Assembly: GCA_051294375.1 (NCBI GenBank)
Contig: CM119266.1
Span: 25,441,731 to 25,505,730 of the forward strand
Length of the DNA: 64,000 nt
Origin: Paraspadella gotoi
Lineage: Eukaryota > Animalia > Chaetognatha
Reading direction: 5' to 3'
In this document: one piece after another, positions 13,246 through 26,343 of the stretch
Layout of the letters: each line of letters begins with the position of its first letter
Position numbering within the stretch: position 1 is the stretch's first letter
Notes under the pieces: model-generated
The model's database searches: none
What the model was told of the DNA's origin: nothing
Seen by the model: only the letters and a program-made list of their open reading frames with translations
Made by a program: the position numbers and the translations under genes

Positions 13246-15049
13246 TTTCGCCCCCCCCCCCTTTTTTTTTTTAAAGAAAAAAATCCTAATTGAATGGATC
13301 GTTTTAAAAGTAAACTCGACAATCTCATATTTACCAACAAAGCATGATCGATATTTCTATGATATCGTGAACGTAATTGCTGGCTCGCTTCGACTATCCG
13401 ATCAAGATCCGGGCAAAAGACAAACTCAAAATAAAAGCTGTGAAATTTTTTCGTAATGCTTTTTCATGATTAAAAAAAGGAGCTTGGTAAAAAGTTGTCG
13501 AAGTTAATAATACTCGGTCTTGCCGGATACCGAGCGAGCTTCGTGAAAAATGTAGTGGTGCTAAGATGTGCAGCATATATCGGTATATTCCATGTCAGAT
13601 AATGTCTTCGAAGGTCTCTTAATGTTTCTCCGATAATGCGATTATTATTTCTCGAAACCACGTTTACTATATTCGATAAAATCTGAAAAAAAGTTGGGTT
13701 GTATGCATTGTATGCATAGTAAGCGATCGACATAGTTTAAATGATTCGTAACGAGAACCTATTAATCGTCTACACTCATAAATTAACGCTCAAAAAAACA
13801 AAAAAAACAAAGATGTCAATTTAGTTTACGAACGATTTCGACATCGAAATTATTACCAAATATTGATTCCTCCCCCCCCCCCAATTCTTATTCCATTTTC
13901 CAGTTCATCTGTGATTCCGTCATATGTTAAAGTGAATCTTCCAATAGATTAACGGGATGTGAATTCGCACAGTTGAGATCGATCCAAATGTAGTAATTTT
14001 CTCTGTCGATGACGTTGATTTCGTTGTTTCGCAAACAGTCGCGATTGGATCCATGATATTTTAAAAGAATTCACCGAATCATGCGTTCCAAAAAAAAACC
14101 AAAAAAAACGAAGAGCGAACTTACCATTTAAGTTGGTCTCAAATGGCGCCGTTCGATCCCGTAATTTCTATGACCAGTACCTTCCTTTCTCATCCCCCAT
14201 CCCTTTTCCCCCCGTTTGAATCCTTCTCTTCCGCCCTTCCCTCAACCCCCCACCAAAAAAAAAAGAGACAAATTTCCGTGTCAACCGATGACAAACAGTA
14301 TTTTCGCCCATTGCGACATTTTTGACCTTTGACCCGCGAATTAACCTCCACTGGCGTCAGCGACGTCAATGGAATATCTCTCTCTGTCGATTTCTGAAAA
14401 AAGAAATTTTTTGAGGTTTCTCAACCTTGAATAAACATCATGAGGCTGTTCCTTGTACGCTGTTTTTTTTTTCTTTTTCGCATAATTATAATTGATCAAT
14501 AATTGCCCGTTTTTGTTTTGTTTTTTTGTTTTTTTCAAAGAGAATTATTTGATTTCTTTTAAAACACCAATGTTTTGTACACGATCTAGAGTTTAAATAA
14601 TATTTTTAAAAAAATACAAACCAACAATCGAACAAAATTTTTAAAAAAGTTAACTTTGTCTCAAAGAAGCTGATTTGTTGTGAATTCATCGTGGAAACCG
14701 CATCATCATTACAACAGATTATTTTTTTTTCTTCGGAACCACGATCGCGATTTTAAGTAAACTATTACGTTAACAACAAGTAAAGAATTTTTTTATATAA
14801 AAAAGTAAAAGAACTAACGAGTCACGATCGAGATTCCCTCTATTTTCCATTAATCGTGCATCGCGTTCTTTATAACCCGGTTATAACGGCAACGTTTTCT
14901 TCCTACGTTTGTGCAAAAAATAAAACAAAACAAAATATTCCTCAAAAATGTGCGCAGTTACGAGCATGCTTGCGTTTTTTTCGTGCGTAAGTGCATTCCA
15001 ATCTGCGTTCATTCCTTTGTCAGGCCTTTTGGCCGTTGTTCAATAATCG

Positions 15050-15094
<45 letters not shown>

Positions 15095-16707
15095 CTACTC
15101 TTTCTTCTCCCTTATCTTTACATCACAATTACTTCATAAATGATGATGTTAGAATTTGTAATAAATTGCTTAAGACTCTAAAAACCTTAAACCAAAACTA
15201 AAAACGTAATTTTGCGATATAACAAGAAAATTAAATAATATTTTATAAGCTTGTGCTGTTAAACGAGGTACATTCCTTCCTTCAACATGCGAAACGTCAT
15301 CATAATCAAATCGACAATGACAAAGGACTTGACTTAAAACTCTGACCAGACTCGACAAAGAATTTCCCTCGCCCTGTCATATTTTTGTCTCTAGTGTTGC
15401 CTCCCTTTGTTCTAGTCCGAATCCCCAAACGTCAGTATTTGAATCGTCATCACCTTTTTCGTTCTAATGAAATAGAAATTTATGAGAATCTTAGAGATAA
15501 ATAAAAAAACCCTGTGTTAAAAAAAAAACAAAAAAAAACTTTGTTTCGTTTTTTTTTTTTTTCAAATTTAAGGCAGTAACTGAGAACATATATAAAAGCA
15601 ATAAGTTTGAAAATTCACAGGCAAAGATTAATAGGGGTTTTTAAATTTTGCAACAAAAAAGAAGTTTTTTAAAGACCTTTTAAAAAATTCATACTCAATG
15701 TACTGGGATATTCATACTATTTAGAATCTTTATGACGAAGAAGGATGAAAAATTAAAAGAAGAATAAAAATCGGATTTCAGTTTGTTACTTTTCAGCTTT
15801 CAACCCACCTTTTATTGCGCGCGACACGAAAGGCTTTGGCAATTTTCCAGGTTCCAATTCAAACTGGATCTTTTTAGTCATTAGTTATTATAGTTCATAT
15901 TATTATTATTATATATTACCCATTCGGCCTTTTTTCCTATTTCCTGCTGCACCTGCTTCCACAATCCACACACGTCACAGTCACAGTCACAGTCACGTCA
16001 CAGTCCATAACATTTCCCGAGAACTCTGGCCAAAAAAAAAAGAGCAAAGCGCGACGTTGGCGCCATCTTTCGCCATTTACGCGCCATCGGTCTCTGAGTC
16101 AACGATGTTCGCCACCTGCGCCGCTGTCGACGAAATGGACGAGGAAACGATTAGGAATTTTGGACGAGGCCTCGATTAGAGCGACCTACTTTTTCGGTCT
16201 CAGGGGTTTTCCCTTTTGCAGTGAGCTGATTGTTTTTGGTCCGAGGCGAAGCTGAATGCGAAGTCGTTAAATTCCAAATTTGGGGTCCTTCGTTTTGGAT
16301 CTTTAGTCGGGAAAAATTTACTGGTGATAGGATCAGAATCATTGATAATTCAATGAAATTGAAGGGATTAGTCATTACATTAGTCTCTGGTATTTCGATA
16401 TAATTATGAATCCAAACAATTAATCTTCAGGCTTTTCAAATAATGATAAATTTAAGCACATTTAATGAATAATGTGGCTAATATTCGATATCATACTACA
16501 AAACCGGAGTTAAATTGAAGCTTCCCGCTCTTGAACGTCGAGGTGAAAGACATCGAAGAGAGGAGAAGAAAGTTGACTCGTCTTCTTTCTCGTTATCTCT
16601 GGCTGCCTCTGAATCTGTTGTCTCAGTTGGACCGGCTCGAAAAGCGAGCAGTCCACTTTGAGTTTCGGGCATCAATTTTGTAACATTTTCTAAAAGATTT
16701 AACGAAA

Positions 16708-19700
16708 ATGTTTCGTCCCGTTAAATTTCTCTCCGTCAGTGCGAATCTAGCGACGAAAAACAGAAACTGCGCGTCTTTTGTTCAACAAAGGAAAAAATTA
16801 AAAGGATCATACGACGCGATCATTATCGGCGGCGGCCACAATGGTAACCAGACTGGCCAGAGTCTGAGATGTTTAATTTTGGTTAAATGAAATGCTAGTC
16901 AAGTAAATGAATTTTTTTGAATTTTTAGTTGTATTTCAATTTGCCAATTTCGACTCGACCCAGAATAGTTAAGAATGAGGAAGAAAAATAAGTAGTTTTT
17001 AATTTTAGTTATTATTTTCTGACAGCAAATTAGAAAGATTAAGGAGGTAATCGTTGCTCGTAAAAGTTACATATGTACAAATTAAATTACTTTAATTCAC
17101 CCATCATGTTCACAACAGGCCTCGTGGCGGCGGCGTATCTGGCTAAGGACGGGCTCGAAGCCTGCGTCCTCGAACGACGTCATGTTGTAGGTGGCGCCGC
17201 CGTCACCGAAGAGATTGTCGAAGGATTCAAGTTTTCCCGAGCGTCCTATGTTTTGAGGTTCGCTTAATAGTTATAAAAATAGTTTTTTCAGTATTTATTT
17301 ATTTTTAAGTTCGTGGTGGCTCATAAATAAAATTTTGGATCATTAGAAATAAAAAAAATAAATATTATTATTAATCACGAAGAAAAAAAAATTAATTTAA
17401 CAATTACATTTGTTTCATTTAAATATGAACATATCAATAAGTTAAACACCAAAGGAAACTCGCCCGGAAAGTGGTGAAAATTGCTGATAAAAATATCAAA
17501 AACTAAAGTCTAAACGGAATAGCCATTTGAGAATGGATACTGCTGATGGTGGCAAAACGTGAAAAGCACGCGAATTTGTCTCGACAGTTTATTACGCCCG
17601 CAAATCATGCGCGATCTGGAACTCCGGAAACACGGGCTGCGCGTTTTCCTTCGGGACCCGAATTCTTACACGCCGATGTTGGAGCCAGATGGCGACGGGA
17701 GGCACAAGTCGCTCACTTTGGGGCGAGACTTGAAGGAAACTCAAAAGTCGATCGCGCAAGTGGGATACCGTACACAAACATTTTAAGTGATGATGAAAAT
17801 TCATTCATGATTTTATTAAATAGTTTTCGGCGCGAGATGCCTCGGCATTTCCGGTTTACGAGGAATGCCTCCAACGTATGGTAGATGCCCTGCAGCCTTT
17901 GCTTGATAATGAGCCTTTGGATCTCAACTCCCCTTGGAGATTGACGAATGCAAGCAATCTTAACGCGCTTCTCAAAACCACTAGATCGTTGAAAACAAGG
18001 GGTATGATTAATTGATTATATTGATTATAATTATCATTACGATGTCATAGAAAAGTAAAAATTACTGACATGTTAATAATGATGTAGGTAATAACCGAAA
18101 AACACCAGACCACTCAAAGAGCGAAACAATTTACAATCGGAAAACTTCCTCGCAGGAAAAGAGTGATGAAATATAACGGTCACTCTGCAGGTTTTCGCGA
18201 CCTTCTCGACTTCATGACTTCCCCCGCGTCAAAAATTCTCGACCGATGGTTCGAATCGGAGCCCCTCAAAGCCACTCTGGCCACGGACGCCGTGATCGGA
18301 GCCATGACGTCGCCGGAGAACGCCGGAAGCGGCTATGTCCTCCTTCATCACGTCATGGGCGAGTTGGAAGGCGTCAAGGGCGCCTGGGGATACGTTGAAG
18401 GCGGGATGGGCGCCCTGTCCTCGGCCATCGGTCGCTCGGCTGTGGCAGCGGGAGCGGAGGTAGAGAAAGAAAGGAGGAAAAAAAGAATGAAAAGAAAATT
18501 AAGAAGTATGTTTTCAAAAGGTGTTCGTGGACGTTCCAGTGTCCAAGACGCTCGTCGACGTGGAGGGTCGCGCTCGGGGAGTCCGACTAACAGACGGAAC
18601 TGAGATCGAGGCCAAAACCGTGTTGTCTAACGCGACGCCTAAAGTCACCTTCCTCGACCTGATGGATGGGACCGAACTGCCGGGAGAGTTTTTGGGTGAG
18701 TGTATTTAAGAGAGAGAGAGAGAGAGATTCTGTGTCTCATATTTTTATCGCTTCCGCCTCCCCCCTCCGCTTCCGCTCCAATCGTTTGCGTTTTCGCTTC
18801 CGTGTCGCTGGTCATTCGCAACGAGGCGAGAGAGAGAGAGGGGGAGGGAGATAGAGAGGTCGCGCCGGAATGGAGGAGGAAAGGGAGAGAACCGGAGACA
18901 AGCGACTCGGCTAAGTCAAAAGAGCCCCGACGCCCGGGTACCTTCTCTCCCAGTTTACCGGAAACGCCGGAAAGGGCCTCACCGGCCACCGAGACGCTAA
19001 ATCTGGTTGGGCGTAATTCGGTGGAAGTTAACGTCTCTGGCGCGTTAAAAATAGCGCGCTCGCGAGGTAAAAGAACTGGGTCGTAAAAAAAAGAGGAGCG
19101 AAAACGCGGGAGGCAAAGGGAGGGTTGCCGGGGAGGCGAGTGGGAGGAGGGGAGCGGCGTGCAATATTAAAAGCTCGTGCAACAACAAAGAGGAATAAAA
19201 ACCATAAAGCAAACCCGGGGGACGATAAAAATGATAAAACCGACCGCTGAGCCCCGATTGGGGACTGCAGAATGGAGAGGGAATATAAAATATATTGAGT
19301 GGGATGTAAAATATATGCGACAACAGCTTGGCAATCAGTATTGGCGATGAACGTCGCGCTACAGCTGGAAAGGTAAGGCACGTGCGAACGGAAAGAAATC
19401 GGGCAAATCCGTGGCGTTGCAATTTTCGATACGGGGAAAACGTGGTATCGTTATTTGGAAAGAGCGCAGTTGCGCAGCGGTTGGATTCGGGTATCACACC
19501 CGCGGAGGAGAGGAAAACGAGCGCAATCGGCCGCAACGAAATTTGTTTCCGCCGCTCGGAGTTTCGGAAGAAAAGGCGAATTTTTCAATAAAGCCCTCCA
19601 AAGAAGAGGGAATCAAAATGGCGTCAGTAAGTGACGGGAAGACGGGGGGGGAACAGAGGGTCTGGGGCAAACCGCCGGTTGACACGTACGAGAGAAAGAG

Positions 19701-20886
19701 AGCGACGCGAATCGCTCGAGCGGAAAATCGAGTTGAGAAAAACCTCGCTTCTCTCCATCTCCTCCGAACAACCCGGCCTTTATTGAACGAGGTTCAAGTT
19801 ATTGCGAAAGAAACCCCGTGAGCAAGCGAGTCGAGGATGGAGATTAGCGTCGTTGAGAATTTTAATAATTTTAATGTCTTATTATACTATTGCTTTATTT
19901 TACTTTAGTGAGAGCGAAAAGGAGAGAATTCCGATGAGACAGTTTTTCTTAGTTGACTCAGCTGAGAGAGCGAACATTAAAATAAGCATTTCTTTCACCC
20001 CAAACTTCACTTTCTCAGATCAAATTCGGGGCATCGATTACACCTCACCGGTGACCAAGATAAATGTTGCTCTCGATCGATTGCCAAACTTTACTGCCGA
20101 TCCAAACAAGACGAGCGGGGTAACTATGCCCCACCATCGCGCCACCATCCACCTCAATTGTGAAAACAGCGCCCTAATTCACGAGGCATACATGGACGCC
20201 GCGAATGGGCGTCCTTCTAGAAAACCCATGATCGAGCTGGTTCTACCAACATCACTAGACGAGTCACTTGCCCCGAAAGGTGAGTATCGAGTACTGAGTA
20301 AGAGGCTGCAGAAGTTTCACTTTCACTAAGTTTCACTTTAATACTTTTGTTTCGACTCATTTTATTATCAGTAGTTCACTTTCTTCCCTTTTTATTATTT
20401 TTAAACTGCCTTTGGCAACTATACCGACCTTTGTCTCAAACCCTTCACCCAACCGCAGGCTGTCACGTTGGTCTCCTTTTCACACAATACACTCCCTACT
20501 CACGCGCTGACGGCCGCGTGTGGGACGACGCTGCTCGCGCCGAATACGCGGAAACGATTTTCGCGTGTGTCGAGACCTACGCGCCGGGCTTCCGATCGAG
20601 CGTCGTCGGTTACGAGTGCCTGACGCCACCTGACCTAGAGAGTGAATTCGGCCTAACGGGGGGCAACATCTTTCACGGGGCATTGGGATTGGATCAGCTT
20701 TACTGCCAGCGTCCCGTCAAGTGTCAAACTGGCGTGACGACTCCAGTAGAGGGGCTCTTCCTTTGCGGAAGCGGCGCCCATCCTGGGGGCGGAGTCATGG
20801 GCGCGGCGGGAGCATTGGGTGCTGCCGCGGCGTCACGTTATTTGAAGGGAGGAAAGGGGGAGAGAAAAAAAGTCGTCCAGGGTTAA
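16708..20886 (+). CDS. PYROXD2: Pyridine nucleotide-disulfide oxidoreductase domain-containing protein 2 (phytoene desaturase-like, mitochondrial)
   Basis: Exons 16708-16843, 17119-17257, 17588-17759, 17824-18001, 18191-18459, 18521-18695, 20019-20279, 20459-20886. FAD motif [20 protein letters not shown]; also [59 protein letters not shown]. Basic N-terminal presequence. Confidence 0.93.
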
Positions 20887-21442
20887 GAGAAGTTCAGGAG
20901 TGTTAATTCAGCACAAAAAAGCAGCACCATATGAATATTGAATAAGCACAAATTTTGGTTTCTATTTTGGGTTTAATACTTAACTATGTTTACAAAAATA
21001 TATGACTAATGACAAAAATATTGACTTTTATTTTAAACTCGTGCTTTCATTAAATGTCAATGGAAATTCAGCTGACACTATAGCCTAAAATTAAAAAGCG
21101 AACCCGCAGCTACAATAAACCGCAGTTGTTTAGACCGCTAAAGCAGCTTGAAATCAGAATGATTAATTCACTAGCACTAATTGGCCATTGCCAAATACCT
21201 AGTTATTATGAAAACAGCATTGAATTTAGTATTTATTATTAGTATCATAAAGAAACGGAAAAATACGACTTGTAGTTACGAGAATCAGCATTTAAAAATC
21301 AAGCAAAATTTAATTGGTTTTAACCAAAACAAAATAGAATAAGAACGGGAAAGATTTAAAATGACACTTTAAATGTACAAGATAAACAAAATTCAACCAA
21401 CTCAATACGCCGTCGTCTTCGTCGCGCGGAAAAGTTTTTTTT

Positions 21443-23750
21443 CTACACGGACTCGCTACCGGCTCTGCAATAGAGGTATCCAGAGATGGCTGTGGCCAAA
21501 ACCTGAAAAAATAAAGAATCTGTATTATACCATTTTGATTTGGAAAAAAATTGAAATGGATAAAAGAAGGGGGAAAAAATATTTTTCTCCGATTCGATCA
21601 TTATCCATTAGAATCCATTAACAAAAAATCGAAGGCGAGGGCTCTGACTCAAAATAAACCCTTTCCAGATCGGATTGAGCCGACCCAGTTAATTTATAAA
21701 GCGGAAATACAATTTGCGTTTCTGCAGAAAAAAAAATAATCGTCGGGAGGAACTGGGGCGTGACGACACGGACCCGACACGAGCGTCACGTAAACACGTA
21801 AGTTTAGCAAAATCTTTCGGATTATTATTTATGTACGTCTTTTTTAAAGTTCTCCCAGCATCTTTTGCTTTTCTATTATTTTTCGTCGAATCTGCTTATC
21901 AGCAGATCCCGACTCCATAATTCACTTTGTCGGTCCGTCGGTCCGCCCCCTCAATCTTATCGGGCACTCATTTATATGTCAGAACATCGAATTATGATAA
22001 ATTATGCTTAGAGAAAGTTTGAATTTAGATTTGACAACGATTTTGTTTTATTGTGTGAGAGAGTCCGTCTGTCTGTCAGTCCCACCTAAGCAAAAAACAC
22101 CAATTACTCGTGATTGGATGGATGGATTAAAATAAAATTTTGTGTGTGGGTAGGGAAGTGTATGATTGAGCTGGATATGAAGTTGTGTGGATGGGGCAAT
22201 TGACCCGAAATTTTGTATGTTGGTAAGAAAGTGTGTGATTAAGCTGGAATCGACTAAGTGGAAATGAGTTTAAATGGACAAGACCTGTTTCACTATTTGA
22301 TTATGCTTTTTTCTTTTTATATTAAATGTAAATGCAAGATGTATTAATTAATCAAATAATTAATCAGTTAATTAATCAATTAATTGATAATTAAATAATC
22401 AGTCAATCAATTAAGTCAATCATTATCGGCATTATTCTCATCTTCGTCATTGCTTTGTCGTGGTTAGTGACGAAAAAACCTAAAAAACATTTGGGATCAA
22501 ATTAATTAATTAATTACCTAAATAATTAATTAATTAATTACCTATAATGATAGTAGGCAGATTCGACATTGTTTACTCAAACTTATTTTCATTGAAATCG
22601 GCGTTCTCACCAGCAAAATAAGCGTGACGATTGCGGTGATGAAGATTGGACTTTGTACATCATTGAGATCCTGGTCGATCTTCTTAAGGCATCCTACGCT
22701 TTCGTCAGTGCAGCCCACGGGCCTGGCGGCGGTTTTGTAGTCGCTGGGTCCGTTCAGGCCACAGCAAACGAAGCTTTTCTGAAAGCTGTTGACGAATTTC
22801 TGAAGAGTTTCGTCGGCTTTGGAAGGATCCTCGAAATAAGTCTTGAACTTTTCCTCCATTTCGTCCTTCAGCTGCGGGCAGAGAACAAATTGTAGTTATC
22901 GAAACGTTACTTTATCTTCGTGGTTAGATAAAGAATTAAATATTTTCCATTATCGAATATTAAATCCAGTCTGCCGCGAGAACTCACCTTTTTAGGATAG
23001 ACGCTGATAAGAACGGCAGCTACGATGATGAGGACGCAAATGATCAGCATCGAAATAAAGAACTGTAATAATTCATAAATTTTAAATCGTTTTTGTTCTC
23101 CCTCACTAGCAGTCAATTTCAATCGACTCACCACTCCGAGCAAGCATTTGCTGTCCTTTTGGGCCCCGCAGCATCCGATGCCAGCCAACAGCATGATGAC
23201 GCTGCCAACGACGACGACGAGGATGGCGGCGCCCTTGATGTCGCTGGCGTCGAACGATTCCAAGGAAACTTCCTTGGCAAAGTCGTTGAACGATTTCTGA
23301 ATTAATAAATTATTTGTAAATATAAAAAAATTAAGAGGTTTATGTATATTCTTGGTTAAAGAAGAACACAGAATTACCGTAAAACTGGCTCCATCTGCCA
23401 ACGCCCAAGCCCCAACGCCGACGCAGGCGGCCGCAAGAAGCTAAAAGAATGTAAAACTCAATATTAAGGCAAAATTTAAAATTATGAACTTAGTTCCTCA
23501 TAAGCCCAGGAACTAAAATAATGAATATTTTAATTCTACATTTCCCAATACGAAATTTCGAAGTCTCAGTATGCTCGTTTTAATTCTATCCATTTTCTGC
23601 GTGGCTAAATTAGTAAACAGTTTTCGCTTCCCTCCTTCCACTCCTTCCCTTGGCAAAAAGAAGAAAACAAAATCGATAATGCGAATTCGAGCCAGCACTT
23701 ACCGACACGAGACCGTTGAAGAAGCAGAAGATGGCTTGTAAAACCTTCAT
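21443..23750 (-). CDS. Tetraspanin family protein
   Basis: Exons ~23750-23703, 23440-23378, 23297-23132, 23062-22988, 22872-22611, 21502-21443. Four hydrophobic segments, GIGCCGAQKDSKCLL after TM2, CCG and further Cys in the large extracellular loop, C-terminus VLATAISGYLYCRAGSESV*. Confidence 0.88.
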
Positions 23751-25894
23751 CTTGTTTTGCGAGGTTGGTTTGCGTGAAAAGGCAATAAAAACAGAGAACC
23801 TGTAAGGGAGCGAAGGCTGTGAGTGACTCAAAACTTTGTGATTGTGAGTGGACTTTCGTTCTAGATTTTTTTTCTTGCCTTCGTTCGGTTGAGTTGCGGG
23901 CGCGGCGGCCGTTCGAGTTCTCTTCTGACAGAGTTTGCGAAATAAGATTCGGATTGAGAGTTGAATCGCTGACGTCGGGAGAATATAAAAATCTGCTGAT
24001 ATTAAAAGTAAAATCCAAACAAATGACATAATTATTATGTGTAACTGCGTTAAAAATATTTAAAATCATTACAAAAACGCGAACAAAATACAAAATATAT
24101 AGGGAAAGGCAGATCAGATATTCCAGTGTGATAAATTATAATGTTTATTCCCTATCACCAGTGCTAAGTCTTATTTATTTTGTTATAATTATACGTCGGC
24201 CCCACGCCCTTTGAGGTTATTACTAGAATTTCCTCTACTTTTCCCCAAACAACATTTAATTCTTTATTCCAAAAATAAATATCAAATACCCCGTGAGCCA
24301 AATCCGATGATACAAAAGAAAAATTAATTATATGTAAACTATATGCCAATAGGAAAAATTTATAACACCAATTGAAAAAAAAATCATTGACGTTTTTAAA
24401 AAGTTTAAAACATTGCTTAAAAACACACATTCTCAAAATGCTATCAAAACCAGTAAAAAAAACTCGGCATCTCTAGAAAAAATTCTTCTTCATGGGGCAA
24501 AAAACTTTGTTCAAAAGTAGCTTTAATTTTTTACTATTACAAAAAACTAATGCTCATAATTTTGGTTCCTGCTTATAAACTTTTCTAGTTCTAAATCACC
24601 AAAAGAAAAAAATAAGATTTTACAGGTTGGAACCTCAGGATAGCTAAGGAAAAACTTTTATGCAGCGGATGCTGTGATTCATTGATCACTTTATCGAGCT
24701 TAAACTACCAATTTTTTAAATTGACTCCAGAATCATCTGGACGTGTTTAATCATCGTTCTTAGAAAGAATCGTCATATTCAAATCGAACCGAACTTCCTC
24801 CCCGTCTTTTCCGAGCCAAAAACTGCGTCACTGCGCCTCTGCTTCCTCCGTGCTGACACGAAACGCCGCAGTTCTTCAAACATTTCGAGGGGAAGCGGGG
24901 AAGTTTGACAAACTTTTTTTTTCCTTCGAGAGGGAGGGTGGGGTCTCTCGGATTTTTGGGGAAAGGTTAGATCGATCGCTGCAAGGTTTTCTAGAAAAAC
25001 TTGGTTCAAGAATCGAGGGCAATTTCTTTTCTTATTTTCCTATCTGGCTCGACTTTTTTCATTCCCGAGAATACTAATTCCTCAAAAAATGCCTGACTTT
25101 TGGAGAGTTCGATGGATTCTTTTCTAAGTCTTAAGGAACATCCCCCCGCCAAGACAAGAAGATCAATTTTGAGAAACCAGTTATTTTGTGTTTTCGTTTA
25201 AAAATTTTTTTTTTTGCGTTGTCAATAGATTAACATTTTTTTTGGAGCGATCATCAACTTTGATAAAACCTTGACTGAGAAGTTCGAGGCAAAAATTTAC
25301 TATTTCGTTTTTGGGATTGACTCATACGTAATACGTGTATGTCATAAAAATATGTCATATGACATAATAATACGATTAAATACTGATTTATTATAAATTT
25401 GAAATTAACACGAAATAACATTGTTGTGCTATTCTAAACCGTCAGTTGGTAACACGATGTGAATTTACGGCTATCCAGGGACCATAAATTCCATCAATTT
25501 TGAGCGAGAACATTAGTTTTTATAGTTTTATGCAATAAGAGGGAGAGATGATCATTTTTGGCATAATAGAATGTGTGTGTGTAAAAATAATCGTTGGTTA
25601 AACAATATTTACATTATTTAGTTAAAGAATTTCATAGTAGTATTTCAGCTAAAATTCAAAATTATTAAATTAAACTAAATTCGTAAAAAACAACAATTTA
25701 TCTGAATAATATAGTGAATATTAATTCAAATAAATATAATATGAAATGAATATCAAGGATACAAGAAAACAAAGCCATTTACAGTAGGGTCATTAAACAA
25801 AAGCTTCTCTTTTAAAATAAACAAGTGCAATGACAATGTCAATGACTGCGTGATCGATAACCACGTCATTAAAAGAAAACCAGCGTAAAAAAAC

Positions 25895-25966
25895 CTCCCA
25901 TGCGGGGAATCGAACCCCGGCCGTGGCGGTGAAAGCGCCAAATCCTAACCACTAGACCACATGGGA
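25895..25966 (-). tRNA. tRNA-Glu (anticodon TTC)
   Basis: Reverse complement TCCCATGTGGTCTAGTGGTTAGGATTTGGCGCTTTCACCGCCACGGCCGGGGTTCGATTCCCCGCATGGGAG. Acceptor stem TCCCATG/CATGGGA, A box and B box, anticodon loop CT-TTC-AC, followed by a T7 Pol III terminator. Confidence 0.97.
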
Positions 25967-26288
25967 TTGCTGAAAGAGATGTTTGTCTTTTCCAATGTGT
26001 TTCTTTAAGATAAAAGAGCAGGCAGGCAGAAAATCAGCTCTTTCCTGATTGGCCGTTTCTTGCGCGGAAACTGCGCGGCTGCTAAAGCTGCTGCAACACT
26101 CTGTAATCAATAACTCGTATTACTATGAGTATGACTGATAGCAAGTTAAGCTAAATATTTTAAAGATTTATGTTACACTTCTTCAACATTACCTAAAAGA
26201 TAAAAAAATTTGTTACATATTTCTACGACAAACCATAAATTAAAATAAAATATCTTGACTGTATTCGACCAATCAAAACTCGCCAGCG

Positions 26289-26302
26289 GTAGTTATAGAA
26301 AC
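26289..26302 (+). promoter_or_regulatory. RFX X-box in the TMEM67 proximal promoter
   Basis: GTAGTTATAGAAAC matches the X-box consensus RTHNYYWTRRNRAC. It lies just upstream of a ciliary transition-zone gene, with a CCAAT box at ~26269. Confidence 0.6.
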
Positions 26303-26343
26303 GGCATCGCATGCTTTATATTCAAAACCGTAAAAATGTGAAA

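Noticed and set aside
15920-16087. In-frame TGA before a DCDCDC motif as a possible selenocysteine codon
   Set aside because: The Cys/Asp pattern comes from a (TGTGAC)n repeat, no convincing SECIS could be folded downstream, and the downstream exons do not chain in frame.
22134-22540. ~73-bp-period imperfect duplication and an ATTA-rich tract with a pseudo-exon in the last tetraspanin intron
   Set aside because: Ordinary local duplication/low complexity; the exon at 21502-21443 completes TM4 better.
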